Notes under the pieces: generated by a model | What the model saw: only the letters and a program-made list of their open reading frames with translations | The model's database searches: none | Told to the model about the DNA's origin: nothing | In this document: positions 59,813-64,000 of the stretch, in pieces | Layout: each line of letters starts with the position of its first letter | Numbering within the stretch: position 1 is the first letter of the stretch | Assembly (NCBI GenBank): GCA_964409955.1 | Contig: CAYPEY010000001.1 | Location: forward strand, 738-64,737 | Origin: an uncultured Staphylococcaceae bacterium | Lineage (GTDB): Bacteria; Bacillota_I; Bacilli_A; ML615J-28; CAG-313 | Length of the DNA stretch: 64,000 nt | Direction: 5' to 3' | Position numbers and translations under genes: made by a program

Positions 59813-60742
59813 CTAAATAATCATTCCTAAATAATATTGATATGTTACATTACCATTTTGTTCTTCTTTGATAAGTCCACCAACAACATCTTTAGATGTT
59901 GATATTACACTACCTTCATTTAATACAAGTAATTGTTTACGGTATAGTTTATTACTTTGAGTATTAAATTTATTACTGATAAATTGTGGTGTATAGTATG
60001 AATTTTCTAAATCAATATTTTTATCAATAATTGATTTAGATAATAACATATTATGTCTTTTAAGTGATATTTCTGTTTCTTCTTTTGTTGATACAAAAGA
60101 ATATAAATTATAACCTATTGATTTTAAACCACCAAAAAAGACACGTTGCATAGATTCAAAAGTTTTAATAACATTATCTTTAAAACTATCATCTAATATA
60201 TTTACATAAATATTAAATGTTAGTTTATCATTACAATACATTACTTCATCTCTAAATAATTTTTTATCTTCATCTAAAGAATATGCATTTCTTATTCTAA
60301 AATCATTTACAAGATATTTTTCATCTAAGAAATCTTCATTTTGAAATGCTAATATTTCTTTATTGATGATTTTATATTTTTTATCAATATTTTCTCTAAA
60401 TGTCGATTCAAATTCTTCTTTATTATTTATAAAATCTAAATAAACTTGTTTTGATACGAATTTGATTTTTTTAGTTCTTTTATTATTTATAGTTTCTTCC
60501 AAAGAAAGACCTACTTGATGCTTCAAAGTAAAATCATGTGGAAGGGGCAATACATTTTTATAAAACATTGAAGAAAATAAAACAACATGGTTGTCACTAT
60601 TTTCTTTTTCTAGAAATTCATTTAATTTATCATTGCCAAAAATTTCTTTATACTTGTAGCAGAATGCGCCAAAAATAGTTTGGGCATCAGGTATTTTGGT
60701 TAAAACTGATAAAGGTTTAAACTCTATTGAGTAAATTGACAT
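59813..60742 (-). CDS. csm4: Type III-A RAMP protein Csm4
   Basis: The N-terminal IPDAQTIFGAFCY pattern, 309 aa, and gene order. Confidence 0.85.
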   Translation of the reverse strand: MSIYSIEFKPLSVLTKIPDAQTIFGAFCYKYKEIFGNDKLNEFLEKENSDNHVVLFSSMFYKNVLPLPHDFTLKHQVGLSLEETINNKRTKKIKFVSKQVYLDFINNKEEFESTFRENIDKKYKIINKEILAFQNEDFLDEKYLVNDFRIRNAYSLDEDKKLFRDEVMYCNDKLTFNIYVNILDDSFKDNVIKTFESMQRVFFGGLKSIGYNLYSFVSTKEETEISLKRHNMLLSKSIIDKNIDLENSYYTPQFISNKFNTQSNKLYRKQLLVLNEGSVISTSKDVVGGLIKEEQNGNVTYQYYLGMII

Positions 60743-60754
60743 TTTTTAAATTCC

Positions 60755-61375
60755 TTATGATAAAAATTTAAATGTTACTTTTCCATATCCACGGCTTCCA
60801 CTTCCGCCTAAATAATTGTTTTCAAGTAATTTAAAACCTTGTTTTAAAGCATCTTCAATATCATAATCATCTTTATCTTGGTATTGAATTATACATTCAC
60901 CACTAAATACAGCCCCTGCTGGTACTCTTTCTGTAAAACGTGGGTTAGATTTGCATTTAATTTTATCAATACTATTTTCAGCTTTGATTTCAGTATAGAA
61001 ACCTTCTCCTAATTTAGATTCTAATTCTTTAACTGATTCTTCAGTTAATTCTAAATCTCTAAAAATTACTCTTGTTAGACTAGCATCAATTTTTTGTGAA
61101 TCTTTTTTTGGACCAAACATTTCAATAACTGTTTGGTAATTATCACTTGCGCTATAATCATTTGTTTCAACAACTTCCATTAACATACGAATTTTACCTT
61201 TTAATGAAGAACCAGGAATAATAGGTTGATTATTTAATGGATTTTTGATAACTGGTGAATCTACACCACCGATTCCGTAGTTATCTTTATTTCCACCAAT
61301 ATGTAAACCTGTTTCTAATTTTAATTCAAATTTTAATACTTTTACTTTGTTTATAACTAATTTATTATCTCCCAT
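60755..61375 (-). CDS. csm3: Type III-A backbone RAMP / target RNase Csm3
   Basis: GLHIGG...D.PVIK....QPIIPGSSLKGKIR and the C-terminal GGSGSRGYGKV. Confidence 0.92.
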   Translation of the reverse strand: MGDNKLVINKVKVLKFELKLETGLHIGGNKDNYGIGGVDSPVIKNPLNNQPIIPGSSLKGKIRMLMEVVETNDYSASDNYQTVIEMFGPKKDSQKIDASLTRVIFRDLELTEESVKELESKLGEGFYTEIKAENSIDKIKCKSNPRFTERVPAGAVFSGECIIQYQDKDDYDIEDALKQGFKLLENNYLGGSGSRGYGKVTFKFLS

Positions 61376-61384
61376 AAATTCCTC

Positions 61385-61939
61385 CTATTTAGTTTCTTTA
61401 AAATATTTTGCGTATGCAACTATTGAAGTTACGAAATTGATTAATCTTTCAATGTCTTCAACACTAGTTAGCCTTTTAGCGTTAATACAAGCTTGTATTA
61501 ATTCAAAGAATCCTTTTGGACAGTTACCTCTTCCAACCGCATATGCCATTAGAGGTAATGTTTTATATAATTCTTCTCTAGCTTTTGTTAAATCTGGTAA
61601 ATGTTTTTCACAATCTTTGATTTGTTCAAAGATTTTTCTTAATTGGTTTGTATTTAAATTATTGTATATTTCTTTCGCAACATTATAAGCTGCACATTCA
61701 GGTAAACTTACTTCTTCAACGGTTAATACATTACATAAACTTCCACTATTATTAATTTTACTAATTAATACACCAATACTACCTTTTTGATCATTGTAAG
61801 GTTTTGGGTTGTTATTAAATTTTTGTTCATTTTTATTACCAAAATTTTTTTGATTATTTTGTGGTTTATTTGAATTGTTTTCTTTTGGAGTATATCCCAT
61901 CTCTTTAAATTTTTCTTTAAAAGCATCTTCAAAACTCAT
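61385..61939 (-). CDS. csm2: Type III-A small subunit Csm2 with an Asn/Gln/Lys-rich N-terminal extension
   Basis: The C-terminal 125 aa or so (TNQLRKIFEQI...LPLMAYAVGRG...FVTSIVAYAKYF) is Csm2-like. The first 55 aa or so are low complexity. Confidence 0.85.
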   Translation of the reverse strand: MSFEDAFKEKFKEMGYTPKENNSNKPQNNQKNFGNKNEQKFNNNPKPYNDQKGSIGVLISKINNSGSLCNVLTVEEVSLPECAAYNVAKEIYNNLNTNQLRKIFEQIKDCEKHLPDLTKAREELYKTLPLMAYAVGRGNCPKGFFELIQACINAKRLTSVEDIERLINFVTSIVAYAKYFKETK

Positions 61940-61945
61940 AGTTTA

Positions 61946-64000
61946 TTATCCTCTCTTTCTTGTTTTCATTAATGCCATCGCAAAAACGATTTTATAAAAT
62001 TCTATTACTTCTTTTTTAACTTCTTTTACAACAAATATTTGTCTTAATTTTTCAAACCATTTTTCATTCATATTTCTCTTTATTGAATATGCAATTAATG
62101 GAATGAAACGCATAAAGGCATGTTCTGAATTATTTACTTCAAGACTTCTAATTATATATTCATAAATTTCATATAATCCGCTTCTTGATAAAGTTTCATC
62201 TAATAAACCTTTTTCAAATACTTCTATTTCTTCTAATAAATAATTCATTTTAGAATTATTTAAAGTTACTCCAAGGAGGTTAAATGAATTTTTATTATCT
62301 TGTAGTTTAGATTCTGATAAATTGTCTTCTGCTCTTTCAATTGAATATCTTACTGGTGATTTTGAAGAAAAGAATTCAATACCAGCACTAATATGTAATG
62401 ATTTATTATAACCTGTGAATTTACTAAATTCATAGTTGATATCTTTAACAAGTTCTAAAACCATAGATGCTGGAGAAATAATAACTAAGTCATCTCCTCC
62501 GGCATAATTTATATACATACTTTCTTTAAACTTAGGTTGATTGCATATATTCACAATTTCTTTTGAGAAGAAATAATCAACCATACGAGAAAGTGTTAAG
62601 TTTTTAGATATTGTTTCTTTACTTTGTTTAATACCATTTAAGAATATATAACCTAAATTATCAACGTCCATTTTAAGTACTGCTAATTTATCATCACCGG
62701 TACTGTTTTTCGCAATTTCTTCAAATGACTTAGATCCTATATTAGATTTAGCATAAAGTTTTGTTTCACCTATTTTGTAATTATTAACAGATACATAATA
62801 AGAATCAACATTTTCTAAAACAAATTTCTTAGCAGAATACATTCTAATTGTTCCAAGTCCATTTACTTTAACTATTGCTTCAGCTTTACTATCATTATTT
62901 AAATAATCATATTCAATAATAAACTCATCATATGAAGTAAGTACTCTATCGTTAATTTTTAATAGTGTATCGCAGAAACTACATACTTCTTCGTTATTAA
63001 CTTTATTAGAAAAACATATTGGACATAAACAGAAATCTTTGTTTTCTTCATTTAAATCAATATTATTTAATATTGATTTAAATTTTTTCTTTTTATCACT
63101 TATGAATGTAACGCCTTCACGAACTAAATCATCAATTTGTGATTTAATTAACCCTTCATCATCTACTTCTGTATAAGCTATTGAAAAACTAATATCACAG
63201 TTATGCATTTTAAACATTGCTTGTTCGATTTTAACTGCAATTTCTTTTAATTTTTCTTCAAAGTTAGGACCTTTAGTTACTAATATTCTTCCACGTCCAC
63301 CAGATGAATAAAGAACATTTTCATAAGTTACCCCAAATTCGTTAACAATATAATATGCAATAAAATCAGTTAAAACACTTAAATAAAATGATCTTGTTCT
63401 TAAGTGTTTAGCTACTTTGGGTTTAGATTCTCTTCCTTCAGCAACCTTGTAAATGAATTTTTGAATTCCTGAAATATCATAATCAATTAAAGCATAATTA
63501 GCATTTTCATCTTTCTCTAAGCAATTAGCTATTGCTGTAGTAAGTTTCAAGTGATCAAATAAACTAATAGTTGATACACCTTTTTTATCTACATATCCAG
63601 GTACAGTAACAGTATTTTCTTTAATAATTGGATATAAAAGATGATGTAGTTCTTTATAATCTTTATACCCTTTATCATTCATTTCTTTTAAAGCAAGTTC
63701 TAAATTATTATATAAATTTTTATATTCAATTTTACTTGCATCAAGTAATTTCTTTTCAACATATTTTTGATTTAATAATGCTTTTGCTGAAGTTAATTTA
63801 AGTTCATAACGTTCATTAACTTGATTTTTATCAATGTTAATTTCATTAAAAATTGTATCTAAACGAGTTATACTATTATTATCTTTTTCATTATCTATTT
63901 TTTCATATTCACTTAATATTTGTTCACTAAGATCTTTTCGGTCGTGACCAGTCGCAATATAATCAGCTTTCTTAATAATAGAATTTGAATATTGATGATA
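61946..64000 (-). CDS. cas10: Cas10/Csm1, partial (N-terminus lies beyond the window edge)
   Basis: GGDD lies at 62489-62500 (YAGGDDLVI), and a CxxC...CxxC zinc finger is present. The track starts this ORF at the Met at 63682. My manual translation shows the frame stays open from 63683 to 64000 (YHQYSNSIIKKADYIATGHDRKDLSEQ...), which fits the end of an HD domain. Confidence 0.9.
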   Translation of the reverse strand, partial: YHQYSNSIIKKADYIATGHDRKDLSEQILSEYEKIDNEKDNNSITRLDTIFNEINIDKNQVNERYELKLTSAKALLNQKYVEKKLLDASKIEYKNLYNNLELALKEMNDKGYKDYKELHHLLYPIIKENTVTVPGYVDKKGVSTISLFDHLKLTTAIANCLEKDENANYALIDYDISGIQKFIYKVAEGRESKPKVAKHLRTRSFYLSVLTDFIAYYIVNEFGVTYENVLYSSGGRGRILVTKGPNFEEKLKEIAVKIEQAMFKMHNCDISFSIAYTEVDDEGLIKSQIDDLVREGVTFISDKKKKFKSILNNIDLNEENKDFCLCPICFSNKVNNEEVCSFCDTLLKINDRVLTSYDEFIIEYDYLNNDSKAEAIVKVNGLGTIRMYSAKKFVLENVDSYYVSVNNYKIGETKLYAKSNIGSKSFEEIAKNSTGDDKLAVLKMDVDNLGYIFLNGIKQSKETISKNLTLSRMVDYFFSKEIVNICNQPKFKESMYINYAGGDDLVIISPASMVLELVKDINYEFSKFTGYNKSLHISAGIEFFSSKSPVRYSIERAEDNLSESKLQDNKNSFNLLGVTLNNSKMNYLLEEIEVFEKGLLDETLSRSGLYEIYEYIIRSLEVNNSEHAFMRFIPLIAYSIKRNMNEKWFEKLRQIFVVKEVKKEVIEFYKIVFAMALMKTRKRG

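Noticed and set aside
61946-63682. Cas10 appears to be a truncated, HD-less 578-aa protein, as listed in the ORF track.
   Set aside because: Manual translation shows the same frame stays open from 63683 to the window edge at 64000. The Met at 63682 is internal, and the N-terminal (HD) part simply runs out of the window.

Overview
AT-rich Bacillota-type chromosome segment. The gene order resembles Bacillus (hrcA-grpE-dnaK-dnaJ, the yqe cluster, rsmE-mtaB), and sigK and ylmC/ymxH point to a spore-forming lineage, possibly Erysipelotrichia or Clostridia; the taxon is a guess. The window has three parts. (1) 1-34.2 kb is mostly conserved housekeeping: metK, ispG, nfo, a DEAD-box helicase, the chaperone operon with two CIRCE operators, ribosome and tRNA-modification genes, sigK, greA and the trmR/U32 cluster. 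Three large surface proteins interrupt it, and a compact ORF-less group II intron-like RNA sits at 1323-1759. (2) 34.2-45.4 kb is an accessory patchwork that opens with a small serine recombinase. It holds a COG2865 AlbA_2/ATPase/HTH protein, a GGCT-like protein, an apparently chimeric ORF, a HipA-like kinase followed by an HTH protein, a GCKR-like double-SIS protein, a four-gene DUF3990/DUF3791 operon, ribokinase and an M18 aminopeptidase. (3) 45.4-64 kb is a type III-A CRISPR-Cas locus on the minus strand: cas10 (open to the window edge, GGDD intact)-csm2-csm3-csm4-csm5-extra Cys-rich RAMP-cas6-cas1-cas2-leader-array of 33 repeats. I could not recognise a csm6, CARF or SAVED effector anywhere in the window. 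Past the trailer end of the array, on the same strand, lie a tightly coupled two-gene operon of unknown function (311 aa and 118 aa) and a 2042-aa protein (transglutaminase-like, DUF4011, Upf1-like SF1 helicase, REase-like, DUF3320). A diverged two-repeat CRISPR remnant follows, so all three genes are bracketed by CRISPR repeats. That repeat-bounded block is my best candidate for an undescribed CRISPR-linked system. All protein family calls come from motif recognition by eye; no searches were run.
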